Assembly (NCBI GenBank): GCA_951406725.2
Contig: OX597815.1
Location: forward strand, 65,658,001-65,722,000
DNA length: 64,000 bases
Source of the DNA: Octopus vulgaris
Taxonomy: Eukaryota
Direction of reading: 5' to 3'
The notes beneath the pieces are model-generated. The model was not told the origin of the DNA. It ran no database searches and saw only the letters and a list, made by a program, of their open reading frames with translations. Of this stretch, positions 52,491 to 64,000 are shown piece by piece (positions within the stretch are counted from its first letter, which is position 1; each line of letters opens with the position of its first letter). The position numbers and the translations under genes are program-made.

Positions 52491-54787
52491 TGGATGTATA
52501 TATACCACTATAAATATATGTATGCACACACACACAATCACATACAAGATATTTATGTTCCCATCATCCAAACAGATGCCAGCCCAATCTAGATGTTATA
52601 AAGTCAATTCCCATTGTACTCGATGTTAAAGATACTGCTAGCCGTCCATCAGAGTTTCTCAACCCGCTCTCTCCTGGCCCTCCTTAAAGTCCACATCTGA
52701 AGGCAGGGATATTCATTATGTTTTTACGAAATTAGGGCACACCAAAACCCTGTAAGAGTAGAAGACTAGCTATCATCTTTTATGACCCATGTAATCCATA
52801 TCACGATTATGATTGGTTGTGTGAAGGAAAACATTTTTGTTGCACATATTTTCCTCAGCCAATCAGAGATGTTATTTTAGTTGATGAGCCTCCAGTTTCG
52901 AGTGACACTCTAATATCTATATGTCTGATACATCGAAAAATATTTAGTCTAGTAATTCGTCCGGTAGAACTAGTGAAGTAGGCTTGTTGAAGTTGTGACG
53001 ACATTACCTGGAGTAAAAGCTACAGCAGAGGTAAACTGAATGAGAATTGAGGTAGAAAATACTAGAGTATGTATCATGGTCAGCTGGTCTGTTTTTTTTT
53101 TTTCTATTTTTTCAACGCAACGTTTTCTAGCATAAATTAGTTTATAAGAAGACTACGAAATTTGTACCCAAATCTCAGGACTACAATGTCAACCTTTTCT
53201 CTTTAACCAAAGCTTATGTTTGTTATTCGGTAGTTGAAGATATTGATACCATCTTCATTCTCAAGTTTTCGAATTTTTCTTCTCATATTTATCACCATTC
53301 TATGGTAAAGTTATGCTAATGACTCCACCTCTCTGTTTATTTTTTCAGTATTAGGATTGATTAATTAATCAATTATTCAGGACAATATAAGCTTTAGAGT
53401 GAAGGTCCTACAGGCATCGTCTTGTCATCTTTCTTTTCACAGTGACAATGTGATTGCCAGAGAAAGCAGTGAAGACTCTCAAGAAATATATAAAACACTT
53501 CGAAGATGTACGAGTAACACTAAAATGGAAGGGATTTATCTCCACACATTGCTGTCAATCTGAATGTGATTTGAAGTATAAAATGGAGATGGATTCAACC
53601 GAAGACTCTTAAGTTTTTATTCCAGTAAGGCTGTACCTGCTTTATATGTTAATGTTAGATTTATGCCAATTATAAGGCGCATACTTTTATTCCGAAACAT
53701 CAGCAAACCATCCTGATTTATTGGCGTAATAGGAAGTAGTTTTCACATTATCGTGTGATTTATATAAAGTAACAAGCCTCAGGGCTAGTCGAAAGATAAT
53801 TAAACATCATGGCGATTAATGTGTAAGTTATTAATGAGACTTTTGGTGTCCGTTAGTGATTTTTAAAATTAACAATATCTTAAATGCAACGCTATATATC
53901 TGGCATTACTGTTTAGTTATGATGGCATAATGGTTAAAATCGAAAGCTTTGCTGTAAACATAAATAGCTTCGTTGATACAACAAATTGGTTTTGAATGCA
54001 TGATTCGTTATTAATTTTCATAGAAAAATTATTCCTGTAAAGACAGCGTATGTTAATTAAGCATAGTAAATTAGTGGAGCGTTATAAAATAGTGTTAGCG
54101 ATTTCCAGCTGGCAGGTATTGTAAATATCTTTATTAACCTCCTACTGAGAAAGAGTCAAAGGTATTTTCTTTTCTGCACGAGAACCAGAAATCCAATTTC
54201 TTCTTTTAATCATGGAAATTTATTTATTGTTGTAAAGACTGTGGCATTCTTATTTTCTGACGATAGATTAGCCTAATTTTATGGGGAAAATATATTAGCC
54301 AGATATTAAAGTGTCGTCTGTCATGAGTTATTTTTCAAAAACTCATTAAAATTCTGTTTGAAATTTATTGAATTTGGAGAATTCTTGAAGAATTCTTTGC
54401 AAAACTCAGTGAATGTTATTTTCTACTTTCTTTCTGGTTTATCACGAAACATGCCGGTGTGAAGAAAACGTTTTCAGTGATGTACTTATTTCTTCAGAAG
54501 CTGGTCATAAATTGTCTGAGCACCGGATTGATGCCCATGCACCTAAGATCATGTGGGTTATTCATCTCTTAGAGGTCAATAAATTACTAGTAGTTGGGTT
54601 GGATTTTTTCTGTCTGTTTCTCTTCCCCTCTTTCTTGAAGAATCCACTAAAGTCTGACCTGGAAAGAGTTGGGCTCCACTAAGTTGAAAACTGACCAAGA
54701 CACTCTGTATGTTACCATGATGGTCTTACGATTCATTCACGAGTTTAGGACCTAAGGCAAAATTATTTTCTCACAAAATTTAATAAG

Positions 54788-55320
54788 GTTGTGGAAAGTT
54801 GCTGCCCAGCAGATGTTAACATAAAGCTGAAGATGAACGAAAAAGAGAATATCTACGCTGAACTATTGAGAAATCTGTAGTTACTCTATCCAGATTACAA
54901 GGATAATTATTGAGACTCTTGGATATGTTATACACTACCTGAATACCAATCTTGAGAAATTAGGCTTCTCAAAACCAAAAAGGAGAAAGCTGATTCGAAG
55001 ACTACAGATCCAATCTATCACTGGAACGGTAAAAATTTGTAAACTTTCCAGAAGTTTATCATTTAAGAATATATGAACATATTCAGATATGAAACTATAT
55101 GCATGAGAATACATACTAAAACAAAGCATACAAATCTACACATATACATACATACATACATACATACATACATACATACATACATACATACATACATACA
55201 TACATACATACATGCAAAAATACCCTGTGGTTGATGTTGAAATTCCAATGAAGGAGCCTTGGATCTAGGTTAGAAACCGGCTCTTTCTCTATTGGCAAGA
55301 AATCTTGAAATAAAACTGAA
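54788..55320 (+). mobile_element. R4/Dong-like 3' end, copy 4
   Basis: VVESCCPADVNIKLKMNEKENIYAELLRNL*LLYPDYK..LGY...LEKLGF...LQIQSITGTVKICK. UTR contains (TACA)n and the shared GGAGCC..GTTAGAAACCGGCTC motif. Confidence 0.82.
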
Positions 55321-55493
55321 CACACATACACACACATTCATATGTATGTATATCAATCTAACTATCTATCTATATCCATCTATCTGACCAGTGCGAAGGC
55401 TGGTTGACTTATGTCAGCCAACTAATAACTCAACCAATATTTAAACTGGTCAAGAGGGATAATCATCCCTCTGGTAAACATCCTTTAATGTTA

Positions 55494-55629
55494 TATCGCC
55501 TGAAGAAATGAATCCATGAAGATGATCTACCCGATGCCCACGGATGTTACGGACTACACTATAATCATCCAAGGAATACGGACTGTGATCTTAAGAGACG
55601 CGTGATTTGAGGAAATGCGAGTAGCGATA
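55494..55629 (+). ncRNA. Type I HHR-like motif with ~105-nt stem II domain
   Basis: TATCGC/GCGATA stem I, CTGAAGA (55500-55506), GAAA (55612-55615), TGCGAG, GUA. About 190 nt upstream of (TA)n. Confidence 0.55.
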
Positions 55630-55830
55630 CATTAAATGTTCATAAATTCCAACCAAAGATTATTGTTATCATTACTATATTTATCTTACATTATATCGGT
55701 ACAGCTTGATGCAACCCCCAAAGCTGATTCGCCAGTCAGCATCATTAGACTGTGGCCAGCATAATGAAATAGGAGCTTTATTTGCATATTCAAAACGTCT
55801 CCCGTAAACAAATGTTATATATATATGTGA

Positions 55831-55883
<53 letters not shown>

Positions 55884-55884
<1 letters not shown>

Positions 55885-56406
55885 TTTCTCATCTTACCTT
55901 CTCATCTCTTCCTATCCCTCTTCCACTCCTCTCCCTTCCTCCCATCACATTATCTTAACCATAAACTTACACTCCTTTTCTCACTTCATTTTTCCCATTC
56001 TCTTCACTTTTGTTTTCTTCTCTTTCCCTATTTTCTTTTTACTTTTTTCTCTCTTTCTTCCTCTCATTTTCTCTTCCTGTTCTCAATTTGACCTATCTCC
56101 TCTTTCTAATCATACACACCTCTCCTCCTCACATCTATGCACAAATACTACCAATACATTCTCGAACAATGGAACTGCAACTACAATATCTTTATATATC
56201 TTATTTCTACTTTCATTCTCTTATTTCCTTCTATATTCCCTATCTCCTCCTTTTCCATAATAATTCGAACTCAAATATTGCCTCAATTTAACCTTCTCAC
56301 ACCGTCTCTGATGAAAGGATATCCACAATATACCTGAAACAGCCATAAGACTATTTCCTTATAAATGCCCTGAAAACTCCTCACAGCCTTGGCTTTGTTA
56401 TCTCAT

Positions 56407-56410
<4 letters not shown>
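55884..56410 (+). mobile_element. PLE-like pLTR relic with degenerate HHR between two (TA)n tracts
   Basis: GTCT-CTGATGA-A-AGGATAT..ATATACCT-GAAA-CAGCCA-TA-AGAC at 56304-56351. Confidence 0.65.
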
Positions 56411-56477
<67 letters not shown>

Positions 56478-56689
56478 GTGTGTGTGTATGTATGTATATG
56501 TATATATACGGAGAAAATAATTCACAAGAAAATATTTGCGAAGATATCATTGACTCTATCATTATCTAGTGTAACAATTTTAAAATGATAATAACAGAAT
56601 CAATAATATTAATCAAAGGACATATTAAGTATGTCACTGGAACTGTAAAAATTAATTAATTCTTTATATATATATATATATATATGCAT

Positions 56690-57097
56690 CTCATCTTTTA
56701 CCTTTTACTTGGGGCCATGCTGGGGCACTGGTTTGAAGAATTTTTAGTCGAATGAATCGCTCTCAGTACTTAATTTTTTACAGCATGGTGCTTATTTTAT
56801 CTTCCATTTTGCCGAATCGCTAAGTTATGGGGGACTTAAACTCACCAACACCGGTTGTGAAGTCGTGGTAGGGGGCAGACAAGCACAAACACACACACAC
56901 ACACATACACACACGCACACACATACACACACGCACACACACATATATACATGGCGCGCGTCTTTCAGTTTCGTCTACCAAATCCATTCACAGGCCCGAG
57001 GCTATAATAGAAGCCACGTGCACTAAGTCTCACACAGTGGGACTGAACCCGGGACTATGTGGTTTGGAAGCAAATTTCTTACCACACAGCCACACCT
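56690..57097 (-). mobile_element. SINE family A
   Basis: Reverse complement matches 40083-40473 in head, microsatellite and tail. Confidence 0.8.
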
Positions 57098-57427
57098 GCA
57101 CTCACATATACACACACATACACATATATATTATTAATATTTAGCAGAAGCAACACAGTGACACAAAAGTCGAGAGTTTCGTGCTTTAGCACTTATCAAA
57201 TTTCGATATCTGCAAATGTACGGAACCCTCGATCCTTGATTCACTATGTTGCTTTTGCTAAATACTGGATTCAATTTTTGGTACAAGGCTAGTAAGTACT
57301 GCCAGCTCGGTTGGAACTTATTTTATCTGGAACTTATTTTATCAATCACGAAAGGATGAAAGTTAAAGTCGACCTCGGTCCATTTGATCTCAGAACATGA
57401 AGACGGATGAAATGCTGCTAAGCATTT

Positions 57428-57504
<77 letters not shown>

Positions 57505-58601
57505 CATGAGTGTGTGTGTATGTGTGTGTGTGTGTGTGCGCGTCCATATGCGTCCATGTGCGTGTCACATACATCTGTAACAGCGATAGTCAACAATAAA
57601 TGTCCATACGTTCGCAATGATAGTGAATGAATGACCAGAAAAATGTAGAACGTCCACCTCATAAGTCATTTTTATTATAGCCACAAGGCCTAAAATCTTT
57701 AGGATGAGGTTAGTTGGTAACATTGATCCCAGTACTCAGCTGGTACTTAATTTATCGATCTCGAAAGGATGATAAGCAAAGTCGACTTCGGCGGATTTCA
57801 ACCTGAAACGTTGACAGACGAAATGCATTTTATCGGATGCGCTCACGACTCTGCCAGCTCGGTTGGTGCCTTATATGACCTCATGTGTGTGTGTGTGTGT
57901 AAAGAAGAAGTGGGAGAGGATGCGGAAGAAGAAAAAGAAGCATGAAGGCTGGCCTGTACGCTCTTGCGTAACCTGCTAGCAAGCTAAATCTAAATTTCTC
58001 TTAAAAAGAAAGATTTTAGATCATGTAGCCCTAAATATGCAAAAAGTGACATGGACATAGCTGGAGCGTAAGTCTAGTCAACTAAGGCAGACTTAGACAA
58101 AACAACGACAGCAGCAACAACAACAGCAATATGGAGGCGCAATGGCCCAGTGGTTAGGGCAGCGGACTCGCGGTCGTAAGAATGCGGTTTCGATTCCCAG
58201 ACAGGGCATTGTGAGTGATAATTGAGCAAAAACACCTAAGCTCCACGATGATCCTACTTCTGCTACAAAGCAGAGGAATCATGGTATAACCCACTATGGT
58301 GTGGTAAACTTCCAGACCCTAGTCTAGATTGCGAATCCTCTCCACCCGTTAAAAGCCACCGTTTACGGAATGAGGATAACAATGTAGCTTTCGCGTCCGT
58401 GCAAACCACCAGTCTATCGCGTGTGGTGGGTGGATCTTCAAGTTGGCACACGCATTCTTAGTAGCTTAGAGTAGGCTCGAATTAGAGATGATTCTTTGTG
58501 GCTAATGGCGTGAGTCCTGATTGGAAGAAGAAGAAGAAGAAGAAGAAGAAGAAGAAGAAGAAGAAGAAGAAGAAGAAGAAGAAGAGGAACAACAACAACA
58601 A

Positions 58602-58640
<39 letters not shown>

Positions 58641-59194
58641 TAGCAACATAAAATAATTTGGCTGACATTAACACCAATATAGCAAAAATGATAAAACTTT
58701 AGGACAGAAAACAGAAACAGCTCGCAATGAGAAATAAATTATTTTGATATGAAAGTAGAAGACTAACATTTCTAGTTAACTCTAGACAGAGTAGAGGAGA
58801 AGAGAGACGAGGTTAAAGAAAGAATTGTTTCCTGGCGTTGCTATATAAATAGATTCTATGTATGCGAAGTCTCTTTATTCGGAGGCGAATTCGTTAGAGC
58901 AGCGTCAGACGAAATGCTTCGCAGTATTTGTACAATCTTTCTGCGCTCCGAGTTCAAATCTCACGAAGCTCAACTTAAACTTTTAGAGGTTAACAAGTTA
59001 GCAATCCAAAGTGGCGGATGGGTGGAACCGGATGCCCAGCATTATTGGTACCCGCTGTTTGCTTTTTGAGTTCAAATTAAGCTATGGCTAATATAGATCA
59101 TACTCTCAATCCTTAATCCTCAATCCAATTCGCAGCACCATTTGGACCTTGGGTACCTTTAATAGACTTCTGTTACAAGCATTCATTCCAGGTT

Positions 59195-59426
59195 TCTTAT
59201 TTCTTTATTGCCCGCAAGAGGCTAAACATAGAGGGGACAAACAAGGACAGACAAAGGATTAAGTCGATTACATCGACCCCAGTGCGTAACTGGTACTTAA
59301 TTTAACGACCCCGAAAGGATGAAAGGCAAAGTCGACCTCGGCGGAATTTGAACTCAGAACGTAACGGCAGACGAAATACCGCTAAGCATTTCGCCCAGCG
59401 TGCTAACGTTTCTGCCAGCCCGCCGC
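59195..59426 (-). mobile_element. SINE family B, full length, with target-site duplication
   Basis: Matches the 21124 copy and is flanked by a direct repeat TTCATTCCAGGTTTCT. Confidence 0.88.
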
Positions 59427-59769
59427 TTTCATTCCAGGTTTCTAGTCTGATGAGGTCTCCTTCCTTCCCACTGATGGTTTTGTTCTTGACCCCGAGAGCT
59501 GGTAGTACTGGTTACCCGGTTTCCATGACGTATATATGTGATCGAGATCTCAACACTTCTCCCGAACGGGATGCCGTCTTGGGAGGCCTTGTATAGGGTC
59601 ATAGGCGCTACCTTCCCTCCTGACTTAAGATAGCAAAATATTTCAGAAACCTGTGACGGAAAGTCTAAAGCAAAACGTTAGAAATTCGCTTTTCCCTCTT
59701 GGCAAAGTAATTCGTTTTACTTTGCAAACATTTTTAGCAATCTGACAAAAAATAATTATTCCACAATCT

Positions 59770-59792
59770 CTTAGATAGAGAGAGATAGGGAC

Positions 59793-59836
<44 letters not shown>

Positions 59837-59860
59837 GCAGACAGACAGACAGACATACAG

Positions 59861-59892
<32 letters not shown>

Positions 59893-60660
59893 GTAGGCAG
59901 ACAGACAGACAGGCAGGCAGATAGACAGGCAGACAGGGAGAGAAACAGAGAGAGAGAGAGATGCAAAGAGACAGAGAGAAAGAGACAGGCAAAACAGACA
60001 GGAGTAGAGAGAGAAGTTGGGAGAGAGAGAAAGAGAAAGAATTTCTTTAACATTAAAATAGAAACAGCCCCTTTTTTCCCCCAACGTCGCCACCATAGTG
60101 TTTTTCTCGATTCCAGAACTTCTGCTCCAGTCTATAATAGAGGTCAGCTTCCATCGGTAACCAGTTCCATCAAATGATGCAGAAGAGTTTGGAAATTCTC
60201 CAATTTCTAAAGTGGTGAGGAATTTTCGTGGAGATTAAGCGCCACGAAACCTGAAGAGCAGTACTGAAAAATTGTCTGCATGGTAACAAGTGGAATTGAT
60301 TGCATAAAAGTACGCAGAGAGAGAAAGAGAGGGAGAGAGAGAGATGGGGGGAGAGACAGACACACAGAGTCAGACAGAGACAGACAGACAGATAGACACA
60401 CAGACAGATAGAGACAGACAGACACGGGAGAGACAGAGAGAAAAGGAAAGATCGACACTCCAGCATAGTGAGTGAGAAACAGAGACAAACAATCAGAAAA
60501 AACAGAAAGTGAAGAGAGAGAAAGAGAGAAAGCAAATAGAGAGATATAGAGAATGAGAGAGAGAGAAAGAGAAAGAGAATGAGAGAGAATGACACAGAGA
60601 TAGACAGAGCGACAGAGAAAGGGCATGGAAATAGAGGAGTGAGAATGAAAGGGAAAACAG
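59770..60660. repeat. GA/GACA-rich low-complexity tracts
   Basis: (GA)n and (GACA)n mixtures. A similar (TTTC)n tract lies at 63665-63940. Confidence 0.9.
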
Positions 60661-62113
60661 TTTAATATTGCGTGAATGCATATGGAGGTTGTGTATGAAT
60701 GTGTGTGTGTAGGTGGGGGGGGGGGGTTGTGTGTGTGTGTGTGTGTGTCTATGTAAGTGTGTGTATGTATGTGTAAGTATGTACGTTGGATTATTTCTTT
60801 ATAAGTCAGCAGGAAACAAGGTCGAATCGAATATAGGTCACTAAAAATATAAGCTATAAATAAAATATATGTATGAAAGTATCTATGTATGTATGTATAT
60901 ATCTATATGTATGTGTATATATAGAAAGAATGCCTCACGATATTTGTTCCACTACGTTTCTGGGCTCGATACCAGCTGAAATCCACTTTCTCTTTACTTC
61001 TTTCTGGATGTAATAATCTATCAATCCGAGGCGGTGGGTTGAAAGAACGTTAAAACGTTGGCATGTAACATTTGCTCCAGCTACTTTGCATCCTGAATTC
61101 AAATCCCGCTATGTCACTTTTAGGTCGTAGAATTAATCCAGTTTTACACCACTACCTGGCCCTTAGGTGAGTTTTGTGGAGTCTACTCAGTTGCAAGCAT
61201 TTGGGCTAATTTCTTCTTCTTGCCTTCCCACGACGTCCCGGAGTCATGAGCATTGCCTTCCCACCTGTCTAGAAGATAAAAAAGAAAACTACGACCCGTT
61301 ATAATTAGCAGCCAAATCTATTTGAAATCTTGATAAAAGAATAAGTAACACCGAATATATTATAGTGGAAAAGAAGACAAGATAGTTAGGGCTGGAATGT
61401 CGGTGGGACGACGAAAGTCCGTCAATGAGAAATATCATATTTCTAACAGATTGGTGGAGGGGAATCCTACGAAAGCAACAGCATTGATGACTCTAGATAA
61501 AAGAAATTTTGAAACGAGAAAAAATGTATTTTCTAAAATATTGACACAAATATATTTAAAAATACAATTTACGAAAACTATCCATCAAATACACACATTA
61601 GGGAAAGGAAAGAAATAAGAATGACAACAACAGCAGTTACAGGAACAACAAGAAACAGGAAGTACTGTAAGTACTTCTCTTCCTAATTTAACACCTTAGC
61701 AGGAAATATGTTTAAAAGTACCCGATATATCCCATACAAAAATAAACTCAGTAAACATAATACCAAAAAGCTACAATAAAAGAGTTACAACCTAAAACAT
61801 ATTCTGTGGAATGATAAATCATATATGAGGTTCATATGACGATAGCTCAGATAACATTTCTATAAGCACATCATAGAACATTTCATCTAAACTGTTTACT
61901 GACACTCCTACAAGGTTGCACAGAACATGTCACTAAAGAACAGGTCTCATAAGGTGTAAAAATAGCAGAACCATTACTGGGGCTACACAAGCTACACTCG
62001 AAAACTAGTATGATACAAAAATACACTCGAAATGTTGGTATTCAAAATAAAACCAGCAACATCAGACACATTGCTACAAGCATACAGATAAACATACATA
62101 CATACATTCAATT

Positions 62114-62150
<37 letters not shown>

Positions 62151-63905
62151 CTTTCACCATCTTTACCAACTGTTCCATCAGATTACGTACCCGAACCACA
62201 TCAACTTGACACCTTCTCAAACTTGGAGGAGAAACTTCAATACACACGAGACACTCTGATACTCAGAGACTCAAGATAACAGACTAGGTTAATGGTTATT
62301 AATGCTTTTTGATTTCATGACGTCCTAAAGATTAAACAAACTTGCTGGTACACCTCGTACGGGAAGTTAGAAGTCACTGGAGCACTTTGTGATAAGCTAT
62401 GTATCGAAGTTAAAAAAATTAGAAAAATACAACAAAGCTATTACTTATCTTGTTTTAATTAATCATTTATTTGAGTACAACAGTTATTACTAATATTTCT
62501 AAGATGCTCAAGCAGTAGTATAGGTTTTCTAAATTATAACTTTCACTGTTGTACATATACTTATTGAAATAATTAGAGATGCACCGAAGTATTATATGCG
62601 ACAAGAACAATCTAAACATATAAAAGCTTGACTACACAACAGAAATAGTAACCTTGATGAAGATCAGGAACAACTCAAACAGTAACACTACATGCAACAG
62701 AAATATCACTCAGCATTGAACAAGGACAATAAAAATACACTAACTGGTAAACGTTTGTATCTAACATAAGCCACCGATAACGATAAAGCACTGAACAGAG
62801 TAATTAGCGATAATAACAGTATCATACCATGCTCCATGTCATAATGCCATTCTTAAATAACACATTCACAGTAAACTTATACCATTAAATATTTCTGGAA
62901 AAATCAATCAGCAAAATCCCCTCAGAAGAGAGGGACACTAAATGAAAATTTACATTTTTGATCTCTTCTTTCAATAAGACAATAGACTTAGACTAGTCAT
63001 GAGCTCTTGGACACATAAAGCTAGAGTTTAACCCAGTTTGTATGGTGTATAAGTGACTGACATTACAGCAACACCTCCGCTATCATCATCCCCTACCATA
63101 GACGGGGGACAGTCCATCACAGAGTTAACTTCTCAGCTGACTAGAGCAACGTGAAATGAAGTGTTTTGCTCAAGAACAAAATTATCCTTCGGTGATGGAA
63201 TGGAAAACACGATCGTATGATGGTGAATGCAATTCCTTAACCATTAGACCATGTGCCTTGATAGAGATAAAACATAAATCTAAAATCTAAAAAAGAAAAA
63301 CAAAAACAAAAAGAACAAAAAGGTGGTGCTGTCCAGTGTTCGCTGTTGAGGCATTAACATACTTCACACTTAACTTTTTCTTCTGCAAACACTGCATAAT
63401 TGACGAGTGTTTTGTATTAGTTGAAAATCCTGAGTTCAAATTTAATTCTATTTCATTTTCTTGTCCCTCTTTCCCTCTTTCTTTTTCTGTTACTTATCCT
63501 AAGCGGGGTCAGAGGTGAATTCAAGGGTATTTCTGTAAAGCAAAGAGAGATAAAACAGATTATCTACTCCCCAAGGTCATTCATTGAGATAAACATAAAG
63601 TAATTATCTACAGTAAAAACTAACATTGAAAATGTTGGCCTGGGATTATAGCACATGGGGCAGCCCTTCTTTCTTTCTTTCGTTCTTTCTTTCTTTCTTC
63701 CTTCCCTTCTTTATTTCTTTCATTCCTTCTTTCCTTCTTTCTGTCTTTCCTTCTTTCTGTCTTTCCTTCTTTCTGTCTTTCCTTCCTTTTTTCTTTCGTC
63801 TTCCGCTCTCTCTCTCTCTTTCTCTCGTCCCATCCTCTATTCCTTTCTTTCTCACTATATCTCTTTCTTTCTTGCTGTCTTTCTTTCTTTCTTCCTTTCT
63901 CCATT

Positions 63906-63938
<33 letters not shown>

Positions 63939-64000
63939 ACTCTTATCGTCTGAAAAGCTGTTTGCCTGATAACCGGCCGTCGCCTGACAACTTGTGATTC

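Noticed and set aside
61680-62860. Possible GIY-YIG relic (+) and hydrophobic KRLP segment (-)
   Set aside because: Too degenerate to distinguish from chance translations of AT-rich DNA.

Overview
AT-rich eukaryotic DNA dense in microsatellites and transposon relics. The tRNA-derived SINE families and a TTAA-type MITE match those I recognise from octopus genomes (an inference). I found no intact host gene, and most ORF-track entries are microsatellite translations. Supported elements: one near-full-length degenerate RTE LINE, one CR1-type 3' fragment, three mariners, Helitron and piggyBac relics, four R4/Dong-type 3' ends beside (TACA)n, and many SINEs. There are also about nine Penelope-like (PLE) inserts, mostly in or beside (TA)n tracts, carrying type I hammerhead ribozyme (HHR) motifs. 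One is a 314-bp palindrome with an intact-looking HHR on each strand. Another is a Naiad-type element with an in-frame TGA at a conserved zinc-finger Cys. The most unexpected signal, read by eye and not yet confirmed by HMM, is a series of heavily decayed, intron-free, same-strand fragments resembling Cys-loop (nAChR-like or chemotactile-receptor-like) subunits in the unique DNA between repeats. These may be the remains of a tandem receptor array.
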